From Nocardioidaceae bacterium (GTDB lineage: Bacteria; Actinomycetota; Actinomycetes; Propionibacteriales; Nocardioidaceae), in contig DATICF010000004.1 in the NCBI GenBank assembly GCA_035456965.1, positions 918 through 24,917 on the forward strand: DNA of 24,000 nucleotides. The letters run 5' to 3'. How positions within the stretch are numbered: the first letter of the stretch is position 1; every line of letters begins with the position of its first letter. Of the stretch, positions 1 to 7,264 are shown piece after piece. The notes under the pieces were generated by a model. That model had not been told where the DNA came from, did not search any database, and worked only from the letters and a program-made list of their open reading frames with translations. A program made the translations under genes and the position numbers.

Positions 1-503
1 TCGGTGCGCACGCCCTTGAGGAAGACCGGGGCGGCGGGATTGCTGATGTCGAAGACGCGGACGCCCTCGAAGGCGCCCTCGGTCTTCGCGGTCACGTTGC
101 GAGAGCCCTCACAGCCCTCCGTGCTCTGCGGGGTGTCCACCGAGAGGAACAGCAGGTCGCCGTAGACCGTCACGTCACCCTGGGGGCCGTTGCAGTGGAC
201 GTCGGCGAGCACGACCGGTTCCCCGGGCTCGGAAAGGTCGACCACCCTGAAGCCGCCGTAATGTCCGGCGAAGGCGAGGTCGCCCTTGAACGCGAGGTCG
301 GAGTTCACCCCGCCCCGGTGCTCGGAGGTGCTCAGCAGGTGCATGTTCTTGCTGATCCCGTCGGCCGGGCTCGCTGCGGGCGGCGGCGGGATGCTGTCGC
401 TGTTGTCGTCGGGATCCCACGGCTCGTGGGCCGAGGCGGGTAGAGCGGCCGAAGCGGCGAAGGCGACGGCGGTGAGACCGACGAGGGCACGAGACAGGCG
501 CAT
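1..503 (-). CDS. Secreted LVIVD-repeat (beta-propeller) family protein, N-terminal part; the 3' end lies beyond the window start
   Basis: Absent from the ORF track because it runs off the edge. Reverse-strand translation from ATG 503..501 (GGAGG 4 nt upstream) gives MRLSRALVGLTAVAFAASAALPASA-HEPWDPDD, a Sec-type signal peptide. It continues NSDLAFKGDLAFAGHYGGFRVVDLSEPGEPVVLADVHCNGPQGDVTVYGDLLFLSVD...FEGVRVFDISNPAAPV, which matches my recollection of LVIVD-repeat proteins. Third codon positions are GC-rich throughout. Confidence 0.6.
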   Translation of the reverse strand, partial: MRLSRALVGLTAVAFAASAALPASAHEPWDPDDNSDSIPPPPAASPADGISKNMHLLSTSEHRGGVNSDLAFKGDLAFAGHYGGFRVVDLSEPGEPVVLADVHCNGPQGDVTVYGDLLFLSVDTPQSTEGCEGSRNVTAKTEGAFEGVRVFDISNPAAPVFLKGVRT

Positions 504-592
504 GAGACCTCCGGGTGCGAGCGCTCCAGGGTCAGGAGCGAACCGATGAGACCCGAGGCCGATCGACCTCGGCTCCGGCATCGTGGCACGAA

Positions 593-609
593 AGTGACGT
601 CTCGTTACT
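593..609. promoter_or_regulatory. Imperfect 17-bp palindrome AGTGACG-tct-CGTTACT in the hypA upstream region (candidate operator)
   Basis: Read directly: 7-bp arms with one G/T mismatch around a 3-nt centre. It sits at the edge of the only low-GC patch (about 590-660) of the 276-bp divergent intergenic region. Confidence 0.2.
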
Positions 610-722
610 TCATGGACAAGTGCGGGAAACTGCATTGCAAATTCCTGCACAGCGGCGATACCGGACAAGTCGGGCGCTGCCCGATTGACGATCCAGCCCT
701 GGCCGATCGCTGTGCGAGTCCG

Positions 723-751
723 TTGTCGGCCCCAGCGAGTCGGCCTATCGT
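723..751 (+). promoter_or_regulatory. Candidate housekeeping-type promoter for hypA: TTGTCG-N17-TATCGT
   Basis: TTGTCG (723-728), a 17-nt spacer, then TATCGT (746-751), which fits the actinobacterial TANNNT -10. The implied TSS near 758 leaves a short G-rich leader before ATG 780. Pattern match only. Confidence 0.25.
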
Positions 752-779
752 GACCGGAAGGATGGATGCGGGGGTCACG

Positions 780-1109
780 ATGCACGAGCTAGCGATCACC
801 CAGAGCGTCGTCGAGACGGTGCTCCGGCACACGGGCACGCAGCGCGTCACCCTCGTGCGCCTCCAGGTCGGCCGCCTCACCGGAGTCGTCCCCGAGGCGA
901 TGGAGTTCTGCTTCGAGCTCGCCACCGAAGGCACCCCCCTGCACGGCGCCACGCTCGAGATAGAGCGGCCCGTCGGGCACGCCCGATGCCGGACGTGTCA
1001 GGACGACTTCGACCTCCCGGACCTGATCGCGTTGTGTCCGTGCGGCAGCGCCGACGTGGAGATCGTCAACGGCCGCGAGCTCCAGGTCCTCTCCGTGGAT
1101 GTGGCCTGA
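780..1109 (+). CDS. hypA: [NiFe]-hydrogenase nickel-insertion metallochaperone HypA
   Basis: Track ORF 546..1109 trimmed to ATG 780. The 109-aa product starts with the conserved MHE nickel-binding N-terminus (MHELAITQSVVETV) and carries a C-terminal zinc motif, CRTC-x12-CPC. Its stop lies 2 nt before the hypB start. Confidence 0.9.
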   Translation: MHELAITQSVVETVLRHTGTQRVTLVRLQVGRLTGVVPEAMEFCFELATEGTPLHGATLEIERPVGHARCRTCQDDFDLPDLIALCPCGSADVEIVNGRELQVLSVDVA

Positions 1110-1111
1110 TC

Positions 1112-1957
1112 ATGTGTGCCACCTGTGGCTGCGGCCAGGACGAGGTCCGGATCTCCTCCGCGTCCGACGAGGGCGGTACGACGTACTCCCTCATCGACGG
1201 CCACCCGGACCACGCGCATGATCACCACCACGACCACGCGCATGGGCAGGAGCACGGCCACGACCACCACCCCCACAGCCACGCGGACGCAGATGGTCAT
1301 CGCCACGCGCGCGCCGACGGTCGCACCACCCTCGACATCGAGGAGGCCGTGCTCGCGCGCAACGACCACCTCGCCGAGCACAACCGGACCTGGCTGCAGC
1401 ACAACGGCATCCGCGCCGTGAACCTGATGAGCTCCCCCGGAGCCGGCAAGACCTCTTTGCTGGAGCGCACGATCCGCGAGCACGACGGCGAGATCTGCGT
1501 CATCGAGGGCGACCAGGAGACGCAGTTCGACGCCGACCGGATCCGCGACGCCGGAGCGCGCGCTGTGCAGGTGAACACCGGCGCCGGCTGCCACCTCGAC
1601 GCGACGATGGTGCGCCACGCACTCGACCAGCTCGTGCCCGATCCTGGAGCCCTGGTCTTCGTCGAGAACGTCGGCAACCTGGTCTGTCCGGCGATGTTCG
1701 ACCTGGGCGAGGACCGCCGGGTCGTGATCATCTCGGTGACCGAGGGTGATGACAAGCCGTTGAAGTACCCGCACATGTTCACCGCCGCCGACCTCGTGGT
1801 CGTCAACAAGATCGACCTGCTCCCCTACGTGGCCTTCGATCTGGCGCGGTGCGAGAGCGATGCCCGCAAGCTCAACCCGCGCCTCGAGATGATCCCGCTC
1901 TCCGTCACGAGCGGGGAGAATCTGGCTGCCTGGTACGCCTGGCTCGGTGACCTCTGA
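1112..1957 (+). CDS. hypB: Hydrogenase nickel-incorporation GTPase HypB with a His-rich nickel-storage stretch
   Basis: Track ORF 986..1957 trimmed to ATG 1112. The N-terminus MCATCGC is the CxxCGC high-affinity metal site. By my count there are 16 His in 36 residues (HPDHAHDHHHDHAHGQEHGHDHHPHSHADADGHRHA, nt 1202-1309). P-loop SSPGAGKTSLL; NKIDL G4 motif; ENVGNLVCP. Confidence 0.93.
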   Translation: MCATCGCGQDEVRISSASDEGGTTYSLIDGHPDHAHDHHHDHAHGQEHGHDHHPHSHADADGHRHARADGRTTLDIEEAVLARNDHLAEHNRTWLQHNGIRAVNLMSSPGAGKTSLLERTIREHDGEICVIEGDQETQFDADRIRDAGARAVQVNTGAGCHLDATMVRHALDQLVPDPGALVFVENVGNLVCPAMFDLGEDRRVVIISVTEGDDKPLKYPHMFTAADLVVVNKIDLLPYVAFDLARCESDARKLNPRLEMIPLSVTSGENLAAWYAWLGDL

Positions 1958-2012
1958 GTCTGACTGACCGGTAGTTCACGGAACCGCTGTGAAGCCTCGG
2001 GATCGCCCCGGC

Positions 2013-2029
2013 GAGCCTTGACAAGGCTC
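2013..2029. promoter_or_regulatory. Perfect 17-bp palindrome GAGCCTT-gac-AAGGCTC embedding a TTGACA hexamer, in the hypB-hhyS gap
   Basis: Read directly. TTGACA sits at 2018-2023, and TACGCA follows after 18 nt (a weak -10 lacking the final T). GGATCG / CGATCC outer repeats flank it asymmetrically. It could be an internal promoter/operator or an RNA hairpin. Confidence 0.25.
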
Positions 2030-2135
2030 TCGATCCGGGCGTACGCATGAGAGCAACGTCTGCGTAAGTGGGTCGTGCTGGGCGGCCCCAGCAGCGCGAG
2101 GGGGACGGCTCTCGCCCCCTGGATTGGTGGCGGCG

Positions 2136-3194
2136 ATGCCCACAGCGGAAGCAGTCAAGGCCGAAGAGACACTGATCCACGTTCTCTGGATCAATGCCGG
2201 ACTCAGCTGCGACGGCGACTCGGTCGCCCTCACGGCCGCCACACAGCCCAGCATCGAGGAGATCGCACTGGGTGCCCTCCCCGGCCTCCCCAAGATCGCG
2301 GTGCACTGGCCCCTCATCGACTTCGAGTCCGGGCCCACCGGAGGTGCTGACGACTTCCTCGAGTGGTTCTTCAAGGCCGACCGTGGCGAGCTGGAACCCT
2401 TCGTGCTCGTCGTCGAGGGGTCGATCCCCAACGAGAAGCTCAAGGACGAGGGCTACTGGTGCGGGTTCGGCAACAACCCCGACACCGGCCAGCCGATGAC
2501 CACGAGCGAGTGGCTCGACCGGCTTGCGCCCAAGGCGACTGCCATCGTCGCGGCCGGCACGTGTGCGACGTACGGTGGCATCCACGCGATGGCCGGCAAC
2601 CCCACCGGCGCCATGGGCGTCCCCGACTATCTCGGCTGGGACTGGAAGTCCAAGGCGGGCATCCCGATCGTCTGCGTCCCGGGCTGTCCCATCCAGCCGG
2701 ACAACCTGTCCGAGACGCTGACCTACCTGCTCTACATGGCCACCGAGCAGGCACCGATGATCCCGCTCGACGACGCCCTTCGCCCGACCTGGCTGTTCGG
2801 CCAGACGGTCCACGAGGGCTGTGACCGCGCGGGGTACTACGAGCAGGCCGACTTCGCGACCGAGTACGGCTCCCCGAAATGCATCGTCAAGCTCGGCTGC
2901 TGGGGACCGGTCGTGAAGTGCAACGTCCCCAAGCGGGGCTGGATGAACGGCGTGGGCGGCTGTCCGAACGTCGGAGGTATCTGCATCGGCTGCACCATGC
3001 CCGGCTTCCCCGACAAGTTCATGCCCTTCATGGACGAACCTCCCGGCGGAAAGATGTCCACGACCGCTGTCGGTCTCTACGGCACGGCCATCAAGCGCTT
3101 ACGCGGCGTAACCACCCACACCCTCGACAAAGAGCCCAAGTGGCGTACACGGGGGACCAAACTCCTGACCGGAGCCGACCGCACCTGGTCGTGA
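2136..3194 (+). CDS. hhyS: Group 1h [NiFe]-hydrogenase small subunit (no Tat signal peptide)
   Basis: The track ORF starts at TTG 2124; I prefer ATG 2136 (GGTGG 5 nt upstream). FeS ligand motifs: SCDGD, GTCATYGG, PGCPIQP, HEGCD, KLGCWGPVVKCN, GGCPNVGGICIGCTMPGFPD. The N-terminus MPTAEAVKAEETLIHVLW has no RRxF twin-arginine motif. Confidence 0.92.
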   Translation: MPTAEAVKAEETLIHVLWINAGLSCDGDSVALTAATQPSIEEIALGALPGLPKIAVHWPLIDFESGPTGGADDFLEWFFKADRGELEPFVLVVEGSIPNEKLKDEGYWCGFGNNPDTGQPMTTSEWLDRLAPKATAIVAAGTCATYGGIHAMAGNPTGAMGVPDYLGWDWKSKAGIPIVCVPGCPIQPDNLSETLTYLLYMATEQAPMIPLDDALRPTWLFGQTVHEGCDRAGYYEQADFATEYGSPKCIVKLGCWGPVVKCNVPKRGWMNGVGGCPNVGGICIGCTMPGFPDKFMPFMDEPPGGKMSTTAVGLYGTAIKRLRGVTTHTLDKEPKWRTRGTKLLTGADRTWS

Positions 3195-3210
3195 GCCACA
3201 GAGAGGCGGC

Positions 3211-5007
3211 GTGATGACGTCGACCATGCCTCGACCCTCCAAGATCGCTGAGGACTCAAAAGGCCTCACCGAGATGGCCTGGGACCCGATCACCCGGATC
3301 GTGGGCAGCCTCGGCATCTACACCAAGATCGACTTCGGAAACATGCAGGTTGCCGAGTGCCACAGCACGAGCTCGATCTTCCGTGGCTACTCGATCTTCA
3401 TGAAGGGCAAGGACCCGCGCGACGCCCACTTCATCACCAGTCGCATCTGCGGCATCTGCGGGGACAACCACGCGACGTGCTCCTGCTACTGCCAGAACAT
3501 GGCCTACGGCGTGAAGCCGCCCCACATCGGCGAGTGGATCGTCAACCTCGGCGAGGCCGCGGAGTACATGTTCGACCACAACATCTACCAGGAGAACCTG
3601 CTCGGCGTTGACTACTGCGAGCGGATGGTCGCGGAGACCAACCCGGGCGTGCTCGAGCAGGCCAACCGCACCGAGGCGCCCAACGCCGAGGCGCACGGCT
3701 ACAAGACGATCGGCGACATCATGCGGTCGCTGAACCCGTTCTCGGGCGAGTTCTACCGCGAGGCGCTGCAGGTCAGCCGCTACACGCGCGAGATGTTCTG
3801 CCTGATGGAGGGACGCCACGTCCACCCGTCCACGCTCTACCCGGGCGGGGTCGGGACCGTCGCGACGATCCAGCTGATGACCGACTACATGAGCCGGTTG
3901 ATGCGCTACGTCGAGTTCATGAAGAAGGTCGTGCCGATGCACGACGACCTCTTCGACTTCTTCTACGAGGCCATGCCCGGCTACGAGGAGGTCGGCCGGC
4001 GCCGGATCCTCCTGGGCTGCTGGGGCTCCTTCCAGGACCCGGAGGTGTGCAACTTCGAGTACCGCGACATGACCGACTGGGGCCGCAAGATGTTCGTCAC
4101 CCCTGGCGTCGTCGTGGACGGCAAGCTCGTCACCAACGACCTGGTCGACATCAACCTCGGCATCCGCATCCTGCTCGGGTCGTCGTACTACGACGACTGG
4201 GAGGACCAGGAGATGTTCGTGCGGCAGGATCCGCTCGGCAACCCGGTCGACCGCCGGCACCCCTGGAACCAGCACACGAACCCGCACCCCCAGAAGCGCG
4301 ACCTGGACGACAAGTACTCCTGGGTCATGTCGCCACGCTGGTACGACGGCACCGACCACCTGGCCCTGGACACCGGCGGCGGACCGATCGCACGACTCTG
4401 GTCGACGGCGCTGTCCGGCCTGGTCGACGTCGGCTACGTGAAGGCGACCGGCCACAGCGTGCAGATCAACCTGCCGAAGACCGCGCTGAAGGGGCCGGTG
4501 AGCTTCGAGTGGAAGATCCCGCAGTGGTCGAACACGATCGAGCGTGGCCGCGCCCGGACCTACTTCCAGGCCTACGCGGCTGCGTGCGCCCTCCACTTCG
4601 CCGAGCAGGCACTCGCCGAGATCAGGGCCGGACGGACGAAGACCTGGGAGAAGTTCGACGTCCCGGAGGAGGGCATCGGCTGCGGCTTCACCGAGGCCGT
4701 CCGCGGCGTGCTGAGCCACCACATGGTGATCCGCGACGGGAAGATCGCCAACTACCACCCCTACCCGCCGACGCCGTGGAACGCGAACCCGCGCGACTCC
4801 TTCGGGACGCCTGGCCCCTACGAGGACGCGGTCCAGGGGCAGCCGATCTTCGAGGAGAACGACCGCGACAACTTCAAGGGCATCGACATCATGCGCACGG
4901 TGCGCAGCTTCGATCCCTGTCTGCCGTGCGGGGTGCACATGTACCTCGGCAACGGCAAGGAGCTCGAGGTCATGCACACCCCGACCCAGTCGGCCGGCAG
5001 CGAGTAG
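3211..5007 (+). CDS. hhyL: Group 1h (group 5) [NiFe]-hydrogenase large subunit
   Basis: 598-aa ORF starting at GTG 3211 or ATG 3214, with GAGAGG upstream. L1 motif TSRICGICGDNH (3436-3471) and L2 motif SFDPCLPCGVH (4906-4938) match the signatures I recall for group 5/1h enzymes. A 22-aa extension (MYLGNGKELEVMHTPTQSAGSE) follows the C-terminal His, consistent with protease processing. Confidence 0.95.
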   Translation: MMTSTMPRPSKIAEDSKGLTEMAWDPITRIVGSLGIYTKIDFGNMQVAECHSTSSIFRGYSIFMKGKDPRDAHFITSRICGICGDNHATCSCYCQNMAYGVKPPHIGEWIVNLGEAAEYMFDHNIYQENLLGVDYCERMVAETNPGVLEQANRTEAPNAEAHGYKTIGDIMRSLNPFSGEFYREALQVSRYTREMFCLMEGRHVHPSTLYPGGVGTVATIQLMTDYMSRLMRYVEFMKKVVPMHDDLFDFFYEAMPGYEEVGRRRILLGCWGSFQDPEVCNFEYRDMTDWGRKMFVTPGVVVDGKLVTNDLVDINLGIRILLGSSYYDDWEDQEMFVRQDPLGNPVDRRHPWNQHTNPHPQKRDLDDKYSWVMSPRWYDGTDHLALDTGGGPIARLWSTALSGLVDVGYVKATGHSVQINLPKTALKGPVSFEWKIPQWSNTIERGRARTYFQAYAAACALHFAEQALAEIRAGRTKTWEKFDVPEEGIGCGFTEAVRGVLSHHMVIRDGKIANYHPYPPTPWNANPRDSFGTPGPYEDAVQGQPIFEENDRDNFKGIDIMRTVRSFDPCLPCGVHMYLGNGKELEVMHTPTQSAGSE

Positions 5008-5016
5008 CGGCAGGAC

Positions 5017-5952
5017 ATGGCAGGCACGCCGCAGGCAGGAGCGAGCCCCGAGGCCGGGCCGCCGGACCTGCGCGCGGTCGGCGACCGCATCGACGCCCTG
5101 CTGGACGCGAGTGCGTCGGGCGGGGTCGTCGCGCGTGAACGGTCCGAGGAGCTCGTGCGGCTGGTCGCCGACCTGTACGGCGCCGGAATCGAACGCATCC
5201 TCGAGATCCTCCACGACGCGGGGCGCCTCGACGAGGACGTGCTCGCGCAGCTCGCCGACGACGACCTGGTGGCCAGCATCCTGATCGTGCATGGCCTGCA
5301 CCCCTACGGCGTCGAGCAGCGGGTCGAGGACGCCCTGGAGAAGGTGCGTCCCTACCTCGGCTCCCACGGCGGTGACGTGGAGCTGCTCGAGGTCACCAAC
5401 CGGGGCGTCGTCCGGCTGCGGCTGCTCGGAAGCTGTGACGGCTGCCCGTCCTCGTCGGTCACCCTCAACCTCGCCGTGGAGGGCGCCATCGAGGCTGCCG
5501 CCCCGGAGGTCACGACGATCGAGGTCGAGACCCGCGGCGAGGAGCCGAGGTCTCCTCTGATCCCGGCCGAGTCCCTCATGTCCCACCTGCGCGAGAAGGA
5601 CCCGGGAGGTTCGTGGGAGGCCGTGCCTGAACTCTCGCTCCTGAACCCAGGCGGGGTGGTCGCGGCGGAGGTCCAGCAGACCTCCGTCATGGGCTGTCGC
5701 GTCGGCGACGACCTGTACGCCTTCTCGAGCCGGTGCCCGCGCTGCGAGTCGGACCTGGCCTCGGCAAGGCTGGCTCGAAGGCTCGGCGGCGACCGCCACG
5801 ACGCGCTGCTGACCTGTCCCTCGTGCCAGGCCCACTTCGACGTACGACGTGCCGGCGCGTGTCTCGACGACCCCGAGCTCCACCTCGACCCGCTGCCCCT
5901 GCTCAGCAACGACGGTGTCGTGTCCGTGGCGGTGCCGAGGCCGGTGGCGTGA
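5017..5952 (+). CDS. hhyE: NifU-like / Rieske-like putative iron-sulfur protein of the hydrogenase locus (HhyE-type)
   Basis: 311 aa. The central NifU C-terminal-type domain reads VRPYLGSHGGDVELLEV...LLGSCDGCPSSSVTL. The C-terminal Rieske-fold-like region has CPRC (5734-5745) and CPSC (5815-5826) where Rieske proteins have CxH...CxxH. Its position directly after the large subunit matches the HucE/HhyE proteins described in Mycobacterium smegmatis (recollection). Confidence 0.75.
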   Translation: MAGTPQAGASPEAGPPDLRAVGDRIDALLDASASGGVVARERSEELVRLVADLYGAGIERILEILHDAGRLDEDVLAQLADDDLVASILIVHGLHPYGVEQRVEDALEKVRPYLGSHGGDVELLEVTNRGVVRLRLLGSCDGCPSSSVTLNLAVEGAIEAAAPEVTTIEVETRGEEPRSPLIPAESLMSHLREKDPGGSWEAVPELSLLNPGGVVAAEVQQTSVMGCRVGDDLYAFSSRCPRCESDLASARLARRLGGDRHDALLTCPSCQAHFDVRRAGACLDDPELHLDPLPLLSNDGVVSVAVPRPVA

Positions 5953-6581
5953 TGACCACCGGGCCGCTGTCCTCCCTGCGTCGGATCACCTCGACGCGGC
6001 CCCCTCCGGTGACCGGCGAGCGCTGCGACATGTGCGCGGAGCCGATCGCCGACGAGCACTCCCACGTGGTGGACCTCGAGAGCAGGGCCTTGATGTGCAC
6101 CTGCCGCGGCTGCTACCTGCTGTTCACCGACCAGCAGGCCCAGCTGCGCTACCGGGCGGTGCCGGACCGCTACCTCTCCTTCCCCGGCTTCACCACGGGG
6201 GCGCAGGAGTGGGAGAACCTGCAGATCCCGGTGGGGCTGGCTTTCCTCTTCCGCAACTCCGTACAGGGGAGAACGGTCGCGTTCTACCCCAGCCCGGCCG
6301 GAGCCACCGAGTCCGAGCTCCCGCTCGAGGCGTGGGACCGGATCCTCGAGGCCGACCCGGAGCTCGGGGTGCTCCTGCCCGACGTCGAGGCGCTGCTCAT
6401 CCGCAGCGACGACGGCGCGCTGCGGTGCAACCTGGTGCCCATCGACGCGTGCTACGAGCTCGTCGGCCGGCTCCGCGTGCTGTGGCGCGGCTTCGACGGC
6501 GGTCGCGAGGCGCACGACGCGATGGACGCCTTCTTCGCCAAGGTCGACGCTCGCAGCAAGGTCGTGGAGCGCGGGTCATGA
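5952..6581 (+). CDS. Conserved hydrogenase-cluster protein of unknown function with an N-terminal Cys cluster (DUF5947-like, from memory)
   Basis: Track ORF 5733..6581 trimmed to ATG 5952, which overlaps the hhyE stop by 1 nt. 209 aa. CDMC (6024-6035) and CTCRGC (6096-6113) form a CxxC-x20-CxCxxC putative metal site. Codon bias is good. Confidence 0.7.
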   Translation: MTTGPLSSLRRITSTRPPPVTGERCDMCAEPIADEHSHVVDLESRALMCTCRGCYLLFTDQQAQLRYRAVPDRYLSFPGFTTGAQEWENLQIPVGLAFLFRNSVQGRTVAFYPSPAGATESELPLEAWDRILEADPELGVLLPDVEALLIRSDDGALRCNLVPIDACYELVGRLRVLWRGFDGGREAHDAMDAFFAKVDARSKVVERGS

Positions 6582-7264
6582 GCAGCTACAGGTTCACCGT
6601 GCTCGACGTCTTCGCCGAGCCCTACGCCGCCGCCCCCCAGCTCACGGCGCGGCTGCGGGTCGAGGAGTCGACGGGGCAGGCCGTGCATGCCGTGGCATTG
6701 CGGTGTCAGGTCCGTATCGAGCCGCAGCGACGGGGCTACGACAGCGACGAGGCGGCAGGCCTGGCCTCGATCTTCGGGGATCGCTCACGCTGGGCGCAGA
6801 CGCTCAAGCCGTTCTTGTGGATGCAGTCCAACACCACCGTCCAGGGGTTCACCGGCGTCACCGAGGTCGACCTTGCCCTGCCCTGCACCTACGACTTCGA
6901 CGTGACGGCGTCGCGCTACCTGCACTCCCTCGGCGAGGGGACGGTGCCGGTGAGCTTCCTGTTCTCCGGAACGGTGTTCACGCGGGGCACGACCGGGTTC
7001 GGAGTGGAGCAGGTGCCGTGGGACTGCGACGCGACCTACCGGCTCCCGGTGGCTGTGTGGCACCAGATGATGGAGAACTACTTCCCGGGCACCGGCTGGA
7101 TCCGCCTGGACCGTGAGGTGCTGGACAGGTTGGCCGAGCACCGGACGGCCCACGGGTTCACGACCTGGGAGGAGACGATCTCCCACCTGCTGTCCACGCG
7201 GTCCGAGCCGGGCCGCCCGCTGACACAGGCGGCCTCTCCCGACAACGTCGGAGGTGGCGCATGA
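6578..7264 (+). CDS. Conserved hydrogenase-cluster protein of unknown function (DUF6084-like, from memory)
   Basis: Track ORF 5849..7264 trimmed to ATG 6578 (ATGA stop/start overlap with the upstream gene). The 228-aa product MSSYRFTVLDVFAEPYAAAPQL has a non-repetitive, globular composition, whereas the 5' extension is Arg/Pro/Gly junk. Confidence 0.7.
   Translation: MSSYRFTVLDVFAEPYAAAPQLTARLRVEESTGQAVHAVALRCQVRIEPQRRGYDSDEAAGLASIFGDRSRWAQTLKPFLWMQSNTTVQGFTGVTEVDLALPCTYDFDVTASRYLHSLGEGTVPVSFLFSGTVFTRGTTGFGVEQVPWDCDATYRLPVAVWHQMMENYFPGTGWIRLDREVLDRLAEHRTAHGFTTWEETISHLLSTRSEPGRPLTQAASPDNVGGGA

Noticed and set aside
546-779. 5' extensions of track ORFs (hypA from 546; also hypB from 986, 5733 and 5849 for the unknown ORFs, hypC from 11743, hypE from 13100, 18010, 21028, 22619, and minus-strand 19602 and 21064)
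   Set aside because: The extensions overlap upstream genes out of frame or cover intergenic promoter regions, and they translate to Arg/Pro/Gly-rich sequence. The family-typical N-termini (MHE, MCATCGC, MCLAVPG and so on) begin at the internal starts, which also show SD sequences or stop/start coupling.
4047-5138. 363-aa + strand ORF overlapping the large subunit in another frame (similar cases at 1116-1421, 2363-2824, 7254-7793, 11081-11746, 14263-14862 and 19150-20013)
   Set aside because: These are out-of-frame overlaps with confidently identified genes. The translations are dominated by Arg, Pro, Gly and Ala.
3256-5883. 875-aa ORF on the minus strand, antisense to the large subunit and the HhyE-type gene
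   Set aside because: It lies exactly opposite two genes with unmistakable family motifs. The translation is low-complexity (Arg/Gly/Val/Asp/Leu-rich with no recognisable domain). Long stop-free antisense frames are an expected artefact of very high GC3.
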